The translations under genes were made by a program, and so were the position numbers. From contig CAVTWU010000029.1 of the NCBI GenBank assembly GCA_963738475.1, forward strand, positions 65,924 through 129,923: a DNA stretch of 64,000 bases. The letters run 5' to 3'. This DNA comes from an uncultured Chloroflexia bacterium (GTDB taxonomy: Bacteria; Chloroflexota; Limnocylindria; Limnocylindrales; CSP1-4). Positions within the stretch are counted from its first letter, which is position 1; the number at the start of each line of letters is the position of its first letter. The notes under the pieces were generated by a model. It was not told the DNA's origin and ran no database searches. It saw only the letters and a program-made list of their open reading frames with translations. Shown here piece after piece: positions 22,385 through 38,882 of the stretch.

Positions 22385-24348
22385 TCAGGCGGGCTGCCGG
22401 GCGCGCCAGGCGTCGAGGCCCTCGACCACGACCGGCTCGGGAGCATCCGCCGGCTCGAACCCGAAGACCTGGCCCAGGAATGACAGTTCGGCCTCGACCG
22501 ATCGCCGGATGGCCGCCTGCGCCTCGGAACCCATGGCCCTCGCCCTCGAACAGGAGGTAGCCGTGCGGGATGCCGTTCGCGACCAGGGCCTCGACGATCG
22601 CCTCCGCCTGGGACGGCGGGACGACCTTGTCATCGGCCCCCTGGAGGATGAGGACCGGGGAGGCGATCCGGTCGAGGGCATGGATCGGCGAGCGCTCGCG
22701 GTAGACGTCGGCCATCGCCGGATACGGGCCGACCATCGTGTCGAGGTAGCGCGACTCGAACTTGTGGGTGTCGCTGGCGAGTGTCTCCAGATCGCCGATC
22801 CCGTAGCGGCTGATGCCCGCCGCGAACGTGTCGTGGAACGCCAGGGCGGCGAGGGCGGTGTAGCCCCCGGAGCTGCCGCCGGCGATCGCCAGGCGCTCGG
22901 GATCCACGTCGCCGCGATCGACCAGGAACCGCGCGGCCGCGATGCAGTCCTCCACGTCGACGACGCCGAACGCGCCGTCCAGCTGCCCCCGATACTCGCG
23001 GCCATACCCCGTGCTGCCACCGAAGTCGACATCCACGACGGCGATCCCGCGACTCGTCAGGAACTGGATCCCGAGGTTCAAGCGACGTGGATGCGTTCGC
23101 CGTCGGCCCACCGTGGGAGTGCACGACCAGTGGCGGTCGCTCGTCGTCCGGCCCGACGAAGGCCGGGTGGCGCGGCGCGTAGTAGAGGGCATGCGCGGTG
23201 CGATCGCCGCTCGTCGGGAAGTCGATCGACTCCGGCAGCGAGATCTGAGCCGGGTCCAGGACGATCGAACTCGTCCGGCGCAGGATCCCGGCCGGCGCCA
23301 GCGTCTCGGCATCCAGCCGCACCACGACGGATGGACTCTCGGGCATCCCGGCGAGGACCAGCACGCCGGCCGGACCGACCTGCAGGCCGTCGAATTCCGT
23401 GAAGCTCGTCTCGACCTCGCCGATCGACACACCGGGCAGGAGGTGGAACAGCCGATCGTGGCCGGACTGGCGGGCGACGGCCACGATCGACCCGTCCGGC
23501 AGGAAGCCGTACGACGAGCGTCCGAAGACCCATGCCGGGTCGGCGAACTCGGCCTCCATCGGCGCCAGCGGCTCCAGCCTGGGGCCCTCGACGAGGCGGT
23601 ACAGGTTCCACCAGCCGCTCCGGTCGGACACGAGGTGGAGGATGCCGTCGGCGCTCCACTCGGGCTGGGCGATGGACTCGTCCGGGCCGCCGGCCGCGAG
23701 GTCGGCCAGGCCGAGCGTGCCGTCGGCCTCGATCGGCGCGACCCGCAGGCGCGTGGACTCCCAGGGCATGCTCGGGTGGTCCCACTCGAGCCAGCACAGG
23801 CGCGACCCGTCGGGCGACACGCGCGGCGCGGCGACGAAGTCCGGCCCGCTCACGAGGACGCGCGGGTCACGCTCGCCGTCAAGTGGGACGTCGACGATGA
23901 CGTTGACCGGCTCGCCCGCGCCCGAGTGGTCCTCGCGGACGGCCACGAACCGGCGGCGCGACACATCGAACCTCAGGTCGGCGTAGCGCCACGGGCCGGC
24001 CGGCGTGATGGCGACCGGAGCGTCGGCCCCCGGGTCGAGCCGATACAGCCGGCCGTCCGCGCCATCCGAGTACACGGCGATCCCGCCGGCGACGACATAC
24101 GCACCGCCGCCGTACTCGTGGACCCGGGTCCGGACCGAGATCGGCGCCGGGGTCAGGTCCTCCGGCGCCCCGTCCGCCCCGACCCGAACGAGGACCTGCC
24201 GGCCGGCCTCGGACGGTCGCGACTCCAGCCAGTAGAGGTCAGCGCCGTCGATCCATGGTTCCGCGAGCCCGATGACGTCGCCGACGAGGTCGTCGATCCG
24301 GATCGGGCTCCGCCACGATCCGTATGGCGCGATGGTGGGTTCGAGCAT
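22385..24348 (-). CDS. S9 family peptidase (dipeptidyl/acylaminoacyl peptidase), frameshifted
   Basis: [10 protein letters not shown], beta-propeller region, SHGGPT, GSSGG nucleophile elbow, [17 protein letters not shown]. Confidence 0.92.
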
Positions 24349-24354
24349 CCGGGC

Positions 24355-25633
24355 TCAGGTGCCGTGCTGCCAGGACGAGACGTACGCGGCCTGTTCGGGG
24401 GTCATCGGCTCGAGTTCGATCCCCAGGGCAGCCAGCTTGAGGCGGGCGACCTCGGCATCGATCGCCTCGGGCACGACGTACACCTGCGGCTTCAGGTCCG
24501 CATGGTGGAGGGCGACGTACTCGGCGGACAGCGCCTGGTTGGCGAAGCTCATGTCCATGACCGCGGCCGGGTGGCCCTCGGCGGCTCCGAGGTTGACCAG
24601 CCGCCCTTCGGCGATCAGGTTCAGCTTCTTGCCGCCCAGGTCGAACTCCTGGACGTTGTCGCGAACCTCGCGCACGTGACCCTCGGCGAGGGCGGTGAGC
24701 GCGGCCAGGTCCAGTTCGGCATCGAAGTGGCCCGAGTTGGCCATGATCGCGCCGTCGCGCATGACCTCGAAGTGCTCGCGCCGGAAGACGTTGAGGTTGC
24801 CGGTCGCGGTGATGAACAGCTCGCCCCAGGCCGCAGCGGCCGGCGTGGGACATGACGGCGAACCCGTCCATGAGCGCCTCGAGCGCCCGGATCGGATCGA
24901 CCTCCACGACCGCGACGTGGGCCCCGTGGCCGTCCATCCGCGACGCGATGCCCTTGCCGACCCAGCCGTAGCCGGCGACGACGACCTTGCGGCCGGCGAT
25001 GAGGATGTTGGTCGCGCGCAGGATCCCGTCGAGCGTGCTCTGGCCGGTCCCGTACCGGTTGTCGAAGAGGTGCTTGGTCTGGGCCTCGTTGACGGCCACG
25101 ACCGGGAAGCCGAGGGCGCCGTCGGCGGCCATGGCCTTGAGCCGGATGACCCCGGTGGTCGTCTCCTCCGTGCCGGCGAGGACCTCGGCGACCTGGGTGG
25201 GCCGCTCGCTGTGGAGCAGCGACACGAGGTCGCAACCGTCGTCCATCGTCACCTGCGGATGGGTGTCGGCGACGCTGTTGAGGTGGGCGTAGTAGGTGTC
25301 GCGATCCTCGCCGCGCCGGGCGAAGGTGGCGATGCCGTACTCGGCGACGAGCGCGGCGGCCACGTCGTCCTTGGTGGACAGCGGGTTGGACGCCGCCAGG
25401 ACGACCTCCGCGCCGCCGGCCTTGAGCGTGCGCATCAGGTTGGCGGTCTCGGTCGTGACGTGCAGGCAGGCGCCGATGCGCAGGCCGGCGAGCGGACGCT
25501 CGCGCTCGAACCGCTCGCGGATGAGGCGCAGGACGGGCATCTCGCGCTCCGCCCACTCGATCCGTCGGACCCCCTCGGCGGCGAGACCGAGGTCCGTCAC
25601 GTCGTGGGCCGGCAGGGTGCTGGTGGTGGTCAT
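24355..25633 (-). CDS. ahcY: Adenosylhomocysteinase, frameshift near 24845
   Basis: [69 protein letters not shown]. Confidence 0.97.
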
Positions 25634-26497
25634 GGGCGATCGGTCTCCTTGCGTTCGAACAGGCGGCGCAGCGGCGCCGTGAGGGCGGGCCAGGGTGAGC
25701 CAAGGCGATGGACGAGGCGCTCCTCGAACCGGGCGTGCTCGGCGTAGCCGAGTCGGCGGTAGGCGTTGAGCGCCGGGGGATTGTCGGAGCGGACGTTGAG
25801 CACGACCTGGTCGCAGGTCCGCAGCAATTCTGCCGTGACGGCACCGGTGACCGCGGTCGCGAAGCCGCGACCACGATAGTCGACATGGGTCAGGACGTTG
25901 CCGACGACCGCCAGGCGCGCGGCCGGACTGACGACGTGGGTCCCGGCCGCCGCGATGAGCTGGCCGTTGACGCGCATCCCGTAGTAGACGCCGTCGGCGA
26001 TGGCCGTCGACGGCAGCCAGGACGCGAACCCGAGCTGGTACAGGCGATTGAGCTCGCCGCTCTCCACCGGGAGCAGGCGCTGGACACTGGCCGGGTACGG
26101 TCGGAAGCGCGCCCGGTCCACCCACATCCGGACCATCGAAACGCCCGGATCCACGCGGTAATGCGGCCTGGACCGCAGTGATCGCGGCCGGCCGGGCTGC
26201 GACATACGCGGCACGCGGCCGGATGAGGTCGCGCAGGATGGCCTGGATGCCGTCCGGACGACCGGTGATGAACAACGGCTGTGGCGTCGGCCCGTTGTAT
26301 TCGAGGACGAGCGCGACCGGCTCGTCGCCGTCCCAGGCCACGCCCCAGCGCGTCCGGGCGAACTCGCGCTCCTCGAGGTCGCAGATGGCATAGGCCGAGT
26401 ACAGCCGGTCCTGTTCGAGGTACGCCCGCAGGAGCGCTCGATCGGTCGTGGCCTTGACGACGACCCCGCTGCGACGTCCGATCGCGACGGTGGCCAT
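25630..26497 (-). CDS. GNAT acetyltransferase (FR47-like C-terminal domain), frameshifted
   Basis: [16 protein letters not shown] acetyl-CoA motif, [19 protein letters not shown]; stop overlaps the ahcY ATG. Confidence 0.85.
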
Positions 26498-26516
26498 CAG
26501 CCCGCGCCCTCGGCCA

Positions 26517-28017
26517 TCACGTGGCCACGGCGCTGGCGAAGGGCGAGATCGCGGTCGCATGACGCGCCTTCGAGCTTGCGACGGCGTCGGCCAGGCCGGC
26601 CTCGAAGTCGCCGCGGATGACCCCCTCCTCGGTGACGATGCCCGTGATGAGCTCGGCCGGGGTGACGTCGAACGACGGGTTCCGGACCTCCGTGTCGGGC
26701 GGGGCGATGCGGACGCCACGGAACGACAGGACCTCGTCCGGCTTGCGCTCCTCGATCGGGATGGCGGCTCCGTCGGGTGTCGCGAGATCGACCGAGCTGG
26801 TCGGGGCACACACGTAGAACGGGATGCCATGACGGGCGGCGAGGACCGCGAGCGAGTACGTCCCCACCTTGTTGGCCGTGTCGCCGTTGGCCGCCACCCG
26901 GTCCGCCCCGACGAGGATGACGTCCACCTCGCCGCGCGACATCAGGAAGCCGGCCGCGACGTCCGGGATGAGCGTGTGCGGCACGCCGGCCTGGGCCAGC
27001 TCCCACGCCGTGAGGCGGGCGCCCTGGAGGTACGGCCGTGTCTCATCGACCCAGACATGGACGGGTCGCTCGGCGTGGTGCGCCACCTGGACGACCCCCA
27101 GCGCGGTCCCGAACTGGCCGCAGGCGAGCGGGCCGGTATTGCAGTGGGTCAGGATCCGCAGCGGCTCGTCGGTCCGAGGCGGCAACGCCTCGTAGCCGAA
27201 CGACGCCAGCCGGCCGTGATCCGTCGTCGCCTCGAAGACGATCGCGTCGGCCTCCTCGCGCATGACCCGGGCGATCTCGACACCGTCCTCCGACAGGTCC
27301 CCGACGGCCTCGTAGCGAGCCATGACCCGGTCGAGGGCCCACGCCAGGTTGATCGCGGTCGGCCTCGAGCTGCGCAGGGCGTTGGCGGCACCGCGCAACG
27401 TGGCCCGCCGCGCATACGGTCGCGAGTCGCGCGAACTTCGCGGCGGTCATGGCCAGCCCGATCGCCGCGACCTGGCCGATGGCCGGGGCGCCGCGGACGA
27501 TCATCTCGCGGATGGCGAAGGCGACCTCGCCCGCCGACCGGCAGTCGTATTCGACGAGCGCGTCCGGCAGGTGGCGCTGGTCGATGAGGTACAGGACGCC
27601 GCCGTCCTCGCGGAACGGCGTGCGGAAGCCTTTCGGGGCGGGTTCGCCGGCGAGCTCCGCCTCGAGGCCGGCCAGAGGGCTCCCGCTGTTCGGGTCGAGC
27701 AGGGCGCCCGCCGCCTCGGCCGACGCGCGCTGGAGGGCCTGGGCCGCCCCCGCCATCGTGGCCGCGGTCTGGATGATGTCGCCGGCGAACTGGCGGAAGA
27801 ACCGACGTCGGCCGAGATCCACGTCGGCCGGTCCCGGACCGGCGGGCGCCGGTGCCGGGGCGACGGCCGCGGATGCCTCGGGGGTCACCCGGGGGGCTGG
27901 CTGCGGCATCGTCATCCCGGCCGGCGGCGTCGGGGCGTCAGGTCCAGGCGGGACCTCGGGCGTCCCGGGGTCCGCGGTCGGATCCGGCTTCGCGCGCTCG
28001 TCGATGGGTTCCGCCAC
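26517..28017 (-). CDS. mtnA: Methylthioribose-1-phosphate isomerase with long N-terminal extension; frameshift near 27420
   Basis: [75 protein letters not shown]. Confidence 0.93.
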
Positions 28018-28046
28018 GTCGGCTCGGCCTCGTCTGCGGCTGCCGG

Positions 28047-28568
28047 TCAGTACTGGATGACGCTGGTGACCCGGCGACCGTCCAGCCGATCGCGGCCGTT
28101 GAGGAACTCGAGTTCGACCAGGAACGCGAGGCCGACGACGTCGCCCTTCAGGCGCTCGACCAGCTCGATCGTGCCCTTGACGGTCCCGCCGGTGGCGAGC
28201 AGGTCGTCCACGATGAGGACCTTCTGACCGGGCTGGATGGCGTCCCGGTGGATCTCGAGCGTGTTGGACCCGTACTCGAGGGCGTACTCGACCGAGATCG
28301 TCTCGGCGGGCAGCTTGCCGAGCTTTCGGACCGGCACCAGGCCGGCATCGATCTGATAGGCCATCGGGGCGCTGAAGATGAAGCCGCGCGACTCCATCCC
28401 GACGACGATGTCGATCGACTCACCCGCGTACGGCGCGAGCATCAGGTCGATCGATTCCTTGTACGCCGCCGGATCCTTGAGCAGCGTGGTGATGTCGTAG
28501 AACAGGATCCCGGGCTTGGGGAAGTCGGGGATCTCGCGGATCTTCGAGCGAAGGTCCTCGGCGGACAT
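28047..28568 (-). CDS. apt: Adenine phosphoribosyltransferase
   Basis: IPDFPKPGILFYDIT, ESRGF, RKLGKLP, YALEYG, VDDLLATGGT. Confidence 0.96.
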   Translation of the reverse strand: MSAEDLRSKIREIPDFPKPGILFYDITTLLKDPAAYKESIDLMLAPYAGESIDIVVGMESRGFIFSAPMAYQIDAGLVPVRKLGKLPAETISVEYALEYGSNTLEIHRDAIQPGQKVLIVDDLLATGGTVKGTIELVERLKGDVVGLAFLVELEFLNGRDRLDGRRVTSVIQY

Positions 28569-28693
28569 CGGTATGGACCTCCTGGGGTCGGGCGCAGCGC
28601 CTGGTGGATGGGGCTCAGGCCGCCCCGAAGTCTACCGCAGGCAGACGCACCCACCCGGCCGGTCCGCTGCGGTCAGGGTCGGTCGGGCTCACG

Positions 28694-30152
28694 TCAGCCG
28701 GGGGCCGGCGGCGCGGTCGGACCGGATCGGGTCGGCACCGGGTCGCCCGTCGGGCCGCCGACCCGGACCCGCCTGAGGCGTCCCGAGATCGCGAACCCGC
28801 CGACACCGACCAGGATCGACACGACGAAGGCGACCGCGAGGCCCATCTCGAGGTCCCCGGACGAGCGCAACGCCGCGGCGACGATCGCGCCGGACACCCC
28901 GGTCCCGATGGCCGTGCCGAGCGTGTCCATGAGCGACAGGGCGCTCGAGGCCGTGCCCTGGGTCTCGGTCGGCGCCTCACGCAGGACGATGAGCGCGAGC
29001 GGGGCGTAGGCGAGGCCCATCCCGTAGCCGGCGACCGCGAACGTCGGGACGGCCAGCCAGACCGGGACCTCCGGGATGAGCGTGAACGAGAACAGCGCCA
29101 GGCCGGCGATGACGACGAGGAATCCGACGCGAACGAACCGGCGGGTCGGCCAGCGCTCCGAGTTGCGCGCCTGCGTCCACGAACCGGCGGTCCACGCCAG
29201 CGTGGCGGCGGTCAGGACGATCCCGGCCGCGATCGCCGACAGGCCACGGCCGTCCTCCAGGGCGAGCGTCACGTAGGCGTCCACGCCAAAGAAGGTGCAG
29301 GTCAGGATGCCGCGCAGCATGACCGCGGCGGGCAGGACCGGTCGGGCCGTCAACGTGCCGGGCGGGGTCAACCGCAGGAGGGCCGGGATGCCCGCCAGCA
29401 GACCGGCGGCCACCAACACGACGACGAGGACCGGCTCGCTGCTGCTCAGGCCGGCCATGAACAGTCCGGCGCCGAGGCTCACGAGCAACGCGGACGGGAG
29501 CCGACGGCGCCCGGCGTTCCCGGCACGATGCTTCGTCCTCGGCGGTCGTCTCCGGCACCCGGACCGCCGCGATCGCGTGATGGGTCAGCACGCCGGCCAC
29601 CGCGATGAACGGGAGCATGCCCAGGAAGACGTAGCGCCAGCCCAGGGTCTCGCCGACCAGTCCGGCCAGGGCCGGTCCGATGACACCGGGCAGGATCCAG
29701 GCGGTCGACAGGGTCGCGAACATCCGCGGTCGAAGCGATTCAGGCAGGCTCCGCCCGATGGCCACGTACGCGATCGGCGGGATGGTGCCGGCACCCAGGC
29801 CCTGGATGAACCGGGCCACCACCAGGACCTCCATGCTCGGCGCGAGGCCACCGATGAGCAGTCCGATCCCGAACAGGGTCAGGCCGAGGGCGAACGGCCG
29901 GCCGAGGGCGCCGCGGTCGACGGTCCCGCCGACGACCGCGATCCCGATCAGCGACCCGAGGAAGAACGCCGAGAAGACCCAGCCGTACAGCTCCTGGCCG
30001 CCGAGCTCGCGAGCCACGATCGGCAGGACCGTCGAGACCGCCAGCGCCTCGAACGCGACGAGGGTGATGGTGAGGACGAGGCCGCCGCTCAGGACGCGGC
30101 GCTTCGGGGACCACAGGCCGTCGTGATCGGCGGCGGGCGAGGCTGGCTGCAT
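28694..30152 (-). CDS. MFS transporter, frameshift near 29510
   Basis: LVAFEALAVSTVLP, ARFIQGLGAG, WRYVF; many TM segments across two ORFs. Confidence 0.88.
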
Positions 30153-30224
30153 CCCGGAAGGATGGCGGCTGGCAGCGAACCCTGCCGGATGGGCCGTCTG
30201 GTGCGCCCCGACGCGGGGCGCCGG

Positions 30225-31263
30225 TCAGCGGGTCCGGGTCACCTTGCTGATCGAGCGCGGGTTCTCGGGGTCCCGGCCGCGTGCGATCGTCAGGTACATC
30301 GCGTGGAACTGACCGGCGACGATCGTCGCGATCGGGGCGACCCATTCGGCCGGGACGGGCGGCAGAGCCACGGGCCGGGTCGCCAGGGCCAGCGCATCGG
30401 GGCGGTCGGACAGGACGGTCAGATCCGGTGACGAGGTCCGTCCGCAGGCTCGTCAACTGGGCGACCAGGCTGTCCGCCGTCGGTCCGTCGCGCACGATCG
30501 CGAGGAGTGGGACGCCGTCTTCGAGCAGCGCCACCGGTCCGTGGGCGAAGTCCGCTGCGGAGTACGGGTCCGCGAAGACGTGGGCGAGTTCCTTGACCTT
30601 GATCGACCACTCGCGCGCCGTCGCGTACTCGTAGCCGCGGGCGACCAGCAGCGCCCGGTCCGCCGCGGCATGTGCCTGGGCCGCCTCACGCATGGCCGGC
30701 TCGACCGCGAGGACGGCCGCGAGGGCCTCCGGGACGGCCGCGACCGCGGCTCGATCCGCGGCGTCGCCGGTCAGCGCGGCCGACAGCGCGGCCACGGCCA
30801 GCAGCGACATCGTGTACGACTTGGTGGCGGCGATCGACCGTTCCGGGCCCGCTGACAGGTCGATGGTCCGGTCCGCCGCGGCCGCCAGCGGCGAGTCCAC
30901 GGCGTTCGTCAGGGCGACGGTCAGGGCCCCCTGCCGGCGAGCCGCATCCACCACGGCGATGATGTCGGGCGAGGCGCCGGACTGGCTGATCGCGATGACG
31001 AGCGCGTCCGACACGACCGGGTCGCCGCCGTAGACCGACACGACGGACGGCGTCGCGAGCCCGACGGTCAGCCCGTGGCGGATCCCCAGGACGTACTGGG
31101 CGTAGATCGCGGCGTGGTCAGATGAGCCGCGGGCGACGATGACGACGTGCCGGATGTCGCGCGCACGGATCGCCGCCGCCAGGTCGTCGATCGCGCCGGC
31201 CTGCCGGGCGAGCAGGCGGGCAGCCGCCTCGGGCTGCTCGAGGATCTCTTCGCGAAGGGGCAT
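30225..31263 (-). CDS. SIS-domain sugar-phosphate isomerase (GlmS C-terminal-like), frameshifted
   Basis: EILEQP, ARGSSDHAA, ISQSGASPD, GPERSIAATKSYT, DFAHGP, C-terminal ISKVTRTR. Confidence 0.88.
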
Positions 31264-31266
31264 CGG

Positions 31267-32209
31267 CTACGTCCCCGCCAGCCTGGCCACGACGGGCGCC
31301 AGTTCGTCGATGTCACCGGTCATGAACGACGTGATCCCGAGTCGCTCCCGGAGCATGACGAGCTTGTCGACGAGGCTGTCGACCGTCCCGATGAACAGGT
31401 GCGGCGACTCGAGCACCTCGTCGACGGTCAGGTCCACCGCGTTTCGGCCGCGCAGGTGCTCGATGACCCGTTCCGCCTCGGCGCGCGGGTCGTCCGTGAC
31501 CGTCACCGGCCAGGTGGACGGATAGACGTTGAAGACGAGGTCGTCGAACCGGTCGCCCGCGGCCTCGCGGACCCAGCCGATCTTCTCCTCGGCCGCCGCG
31601 ACGGTCAGCGACGACGGGTCGGAGCGCTGGCCGGACAGGATCCGCGGCGCCAGCCCGACGATGTCGGCCTCGCGACCGGCCAGCGCCAGGGTCCGGCGGC
31701 CGCCCCCGCCGATGAGGAACGGTGGATGCGGCCGCTGGACCGGCTTCGGGTACAGGTCGAGATCGGTGATCGTGTAGTGCTCCCCGGCGAACGAGAACGG
31801 CCCGTCGGCGAAGCAGCCCTTCAGGACGGCGATCGCCTCCTCGAGCCGGGCCTGGCGGACCGGGCGTCGGGTCGAACGGGATCCCGATGGCGTCGTACTC
31901 GGGCCGGTTCCAGCCGGCCCCGATGGCCACGTCCAGGCGACCGCCACTGAGCACGTCGAGGCTGGCGAGGTCCTGGGCGAGCACCGCCGGGTGGCGCAGG
32001 TCGTTGTTGTGGACGAAGGCCGCGATGCGCAGCCGCTCCGTGGCGGCGGCGATCGTCGCGAGGGCCGGGATCGGCGAGAGCTGCTCGATGAGGTGGTCCG
32101 GCACGACCAGCGAGTCGTAGCCCATCGCCTCGGCCCGGCGCGCCTCCGCGGCGAGGGTCGGGCCATCGGCGACGGCCTGGAACGCGGCGAGGAACGTGAA
32201 CGGCCGCAC
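31267..32209 (-). CDS. Luciferase-like (LLM) oxidoreductase, probable F420-dependent class; frameshift near 31860
   Basis: VVPDHL, NNDLRHPAVLA, LDVLSGGRL..IGAGWNRPEY, PKPVQRPHPP, IGGGGRRTL. Confidence 0.85.
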
Positions 32210-32210
32210 G

Positions 32211-32842
32211 CTAGGACGCAGGCGGCGAGGTCGTGCCGGCTGCGCGCCCAGCCCCCGATGGCCACGACCGCCACGCACATGGCGACCATCAGGATCAGGA
32301 TCCCGACGCAGTAGACCGCGACGGTCGCGTACCCACCGTTGGCCGGATCGAGGAACGGGTACGGGTACTTGCCGACGATCGCGCCGCGGATCAGGACATA
32401 CACGATCCAGGCGGCCGGGAAGCTCAGCCACAGGAGCCCCTGGCGCCGGGTGAGCCGGACGGTCGGCGGGTCGATGAGCCAGTCCATGAGGATGACGACC
32501 GGGATGATCTCGTGCAGGACGCTGTTCACCCACGGGATGGCGAGGTCCACGTCCGTGTTCGAGAGCAGCAGCGCGAAGACGATGAAGGTCACGGACAGGT
32601 AGACGACCGCGCCGCCACGCAGCAGGTCGATCCGCGCGCGACCGCGGCGACCGCCAGCGCGCGGCGCCGACGAGCAGCAGGGTCGCGCCGATCAGGTTGC
32701 TCAGGATCGTGAAGTAGCTGAAGTAGTTGACGAGGTCCAGCCGGCCGTCGTCGGCCAGCGTCTTGAGCTGGAACCCGATGGCGAAGAACGTCAGGAGACC
32801 GAAGACGAGCCGAAAGAGCGCGAGGAGCCCGCGACCGCTCAC
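32211..32842 (-). CDS. Pr6Pr-family membrane protein, frameshifted
   Basis: NYFSYFTILSN, LHEIIPVVILMDWL, YPYPFLDP. Confidence 0.75.
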
Positions 32843-33838
32843 GCGTCGGCGGTGACGAGCGCCGCGATCGCTCGAAGGTGCTCCGGCGTGCTCCCGCAGC
32901 AGCCGCCGATGATCGACGCGCCGGCCTCGCGCATCAGCAGCGCCTGGCGGGCCATCTCGGCCGGCTCGGACTTGTAGACGGCGCGCATGTCGACGAGCTC
33001 GGGCATCCCGGCGTTGGACTTGGCGACCAGGCGCACGTTCGGGGCGACCGCCCGCATCCGCTCGATGACGGTCACGATCTCGTCCGGGCCGTTGCCGCAG
33101 TTGCCGCCGACCGCGTCGGCGCCCCACGCATCGAGCGCGATGACCGCCTGCTCCGGGGTGACGCCCATCATCGTCCGGCCGCGCGTATCGAAGGTCATCG
33201 TCGCGATCGAGCGGGATCCCGGGCGCGACCCGGCGGACGCCCTGGATGGCGGCCTTGACCTCGGTCAGGTCGGACATCGTCTCGATCCAGATGAGGTCCA
33301 CGCCGCCGGCGATGAGCGCCTCGGCCTGCTCGGCGAACAGGTCGACGGCCTCGTCGTAGTCGAGCGTGCCGGTCGGGGCCATGATCGCGCCGCTCGGGCC
33401 GATGTCGCCCGCGACGAGCGCATCGCCGCCGTTCGCGTCCACCTCGGCGCGCAGGAGCACGGCGGCCGTCTGGTTGAGTTCGGCGACCCGTGTGTCGAGG
33501 CCGTGCAGCGCCAGGCGCAGCCGGTTGCAGCCGAACGTGTTGGTCATGACGATGTTCGAGCCGGCTTCGAGGTAGCCGCGATGGACGCGGCGGATGACGT
33601 CCGGCTCGGAGACGTTCCAGGCTTCGGGCGGATCGCCGAACTGGAGCCCGGCCGAGAACAGCATCGTGCCCATCGCGCCATCGGCGATGACGACCTTGTG
33701 CTCGTCGAGCATCGCCAGCCAGGCTTCCGCCTGGGCGCCACCGTCGACGGCTCGACGGGTCGCCACGTCGGGGAAGGCGATCGGGTCGACGGGACCCGGG
33801 TCGTTGGAGCTGCTCTGGAGTTCGCGGCGAGGTCGCAT
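32839..33838 (-). CDS. Stand-alone homocysteine S-methyltransferase domain (MetH N-terminal/BHMT-like); frameshift near 33210
   Basis: DGAMGT, HRGYLEAGS, TNTFG, GDIGPSG, IETMSD, GGNCG, SNAGMP, IIGGCCGSTPEH (Zn ligands). Confidence 0.9.
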
Positions 33839-33895
33839 GTCGGGAGGGTACCAGCCCGGTCGGGCCGGCTTCGGTCGGCTTGCTACGATGCGGCC

Positions 33896-34412
33896 ATGCC
33901 CGACGTGACCCTGACCGGCGAGCGCGTGGTCCTTCGGCCGCCCCGCGAGGACGACACCGAACGCCTGCGGACGATCCTGCTGGAGCCGTCCGTCGCCCGC
34001 TGGTGGGGTCCGACCGATCCCGCCACCGTCGCCGAGGAGTGGCTGGAGGTCGAAGCCGGACGACATGGTCTTCGTCATCGAGCTCGATGGCGTCGTCGTC
34101 GGCAGCATCCAGTACTCGGAGGAGACCGATCCGGACTACCGCCACGCCGGCGTGGACCTGTTCCTGACGACGGCCGTCCAGGGCCAGGGCGTCGGGCCGG
34201 ACGCGATCCGGACGGTCGCCCGCTACCTCATCGACGTCCGCGGCCACCACCGCCTGACGATCGATCCGTCAGCCGCCAACGAGCGGGCGATCCACGTCTA
34301 CTCGAAGCTCGGCTTCCGGCCGGTCGGCATCCAGCGCCTGTACGAGCGCGGCCCGGACGGCACGTTCCACGACGGCCTGCTCATGGACCTGCTGGCCGAC
34401 GAGCTGCGCTAG
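33896..34412 (+). CDS. GNAT N-acetyltransferase (AAC(6')-like/RimJ-like); frameshift near 34060
   Basis: LRPPRE, VARWWG, IQYSEETDPDYRHAGVDLF, QGQGVG, IDPSAANERAI. Confidence 0.85.
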
Positions 34413-35003
34413 CTACAGCCGGGTTGTTGCGGCTGCGTCCACGGTTCGTTCGCCGAGCGCCGACGTCGTACCAGGCATCGTCCGGGATCGACGGCCAGCA
34501 GGTCGCGGTCCGACACGAGCGTCCGTCAGCCGGTCGCTGATCGGACCTGCGACGCACAGGCACGATCGCGCACGACCTGGCGTCGTACCATCGACGCAGA
34601 TCGAGGACGACACGACGAGCACGTCGCATGCGACGATCGGCCCGACGTGGTCGTCGGCGACGGACGTCATGCGGCCGTCGACCGTCCGATACTCGTACGG
34701 CCATCGTCCAATCGGCGCGGCGCGACCGTCGTCCACGGTCGATCCCGTCGGGTCGCCGATCGCGAGCGACGCTGCACTGCTCGACCTCGCACTCGTCACC
34801 CGGGTCGCTCGGCACGGGCGTCTCGCGCATGGACCCAGAAGCCATCGACGGCCTGCGACATCATCGCCGAGCCAGTGCGCGCCGGTTCGGAGCAGCGCCG
34901 CGACGAGGCCACGAGCAGGACGCCGAGGAGCGATCGACTCGCATGCGCGGCACGATGCGCCACGCGTCCGCTCGTACGGCAAGGCGACGAAGGTCCCGCG
35001 CCG

Positions 35004-38878
<3,875 letters not shown>

Positions 38879-38882
<4 letters not shown>

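Noticed and set aside
22315-22390. SAM or SAH riboswitch upstream of metK or ahcY
   Set aside because: No recognisable SAM-I/II/IV or SAH consensus; the space is short, and ahcY is translationally coupled to the upstream gene.
24239-26830. Apparent GNAT-AhcY fusion, and similar 931 aa and 878 aa multi-gene ORFs
   Set aside because: Produced by frameshifts joining neighbouring genes; each gene has its own start overlapping the upstream stop.
33896-34412. Aminoglycoside resistance gene
   Set aside because: The GNAT resembles AAC(6')-like proteins, but such chromosomal homologs are common and substrate cannot be inferred; there is no mobile context.
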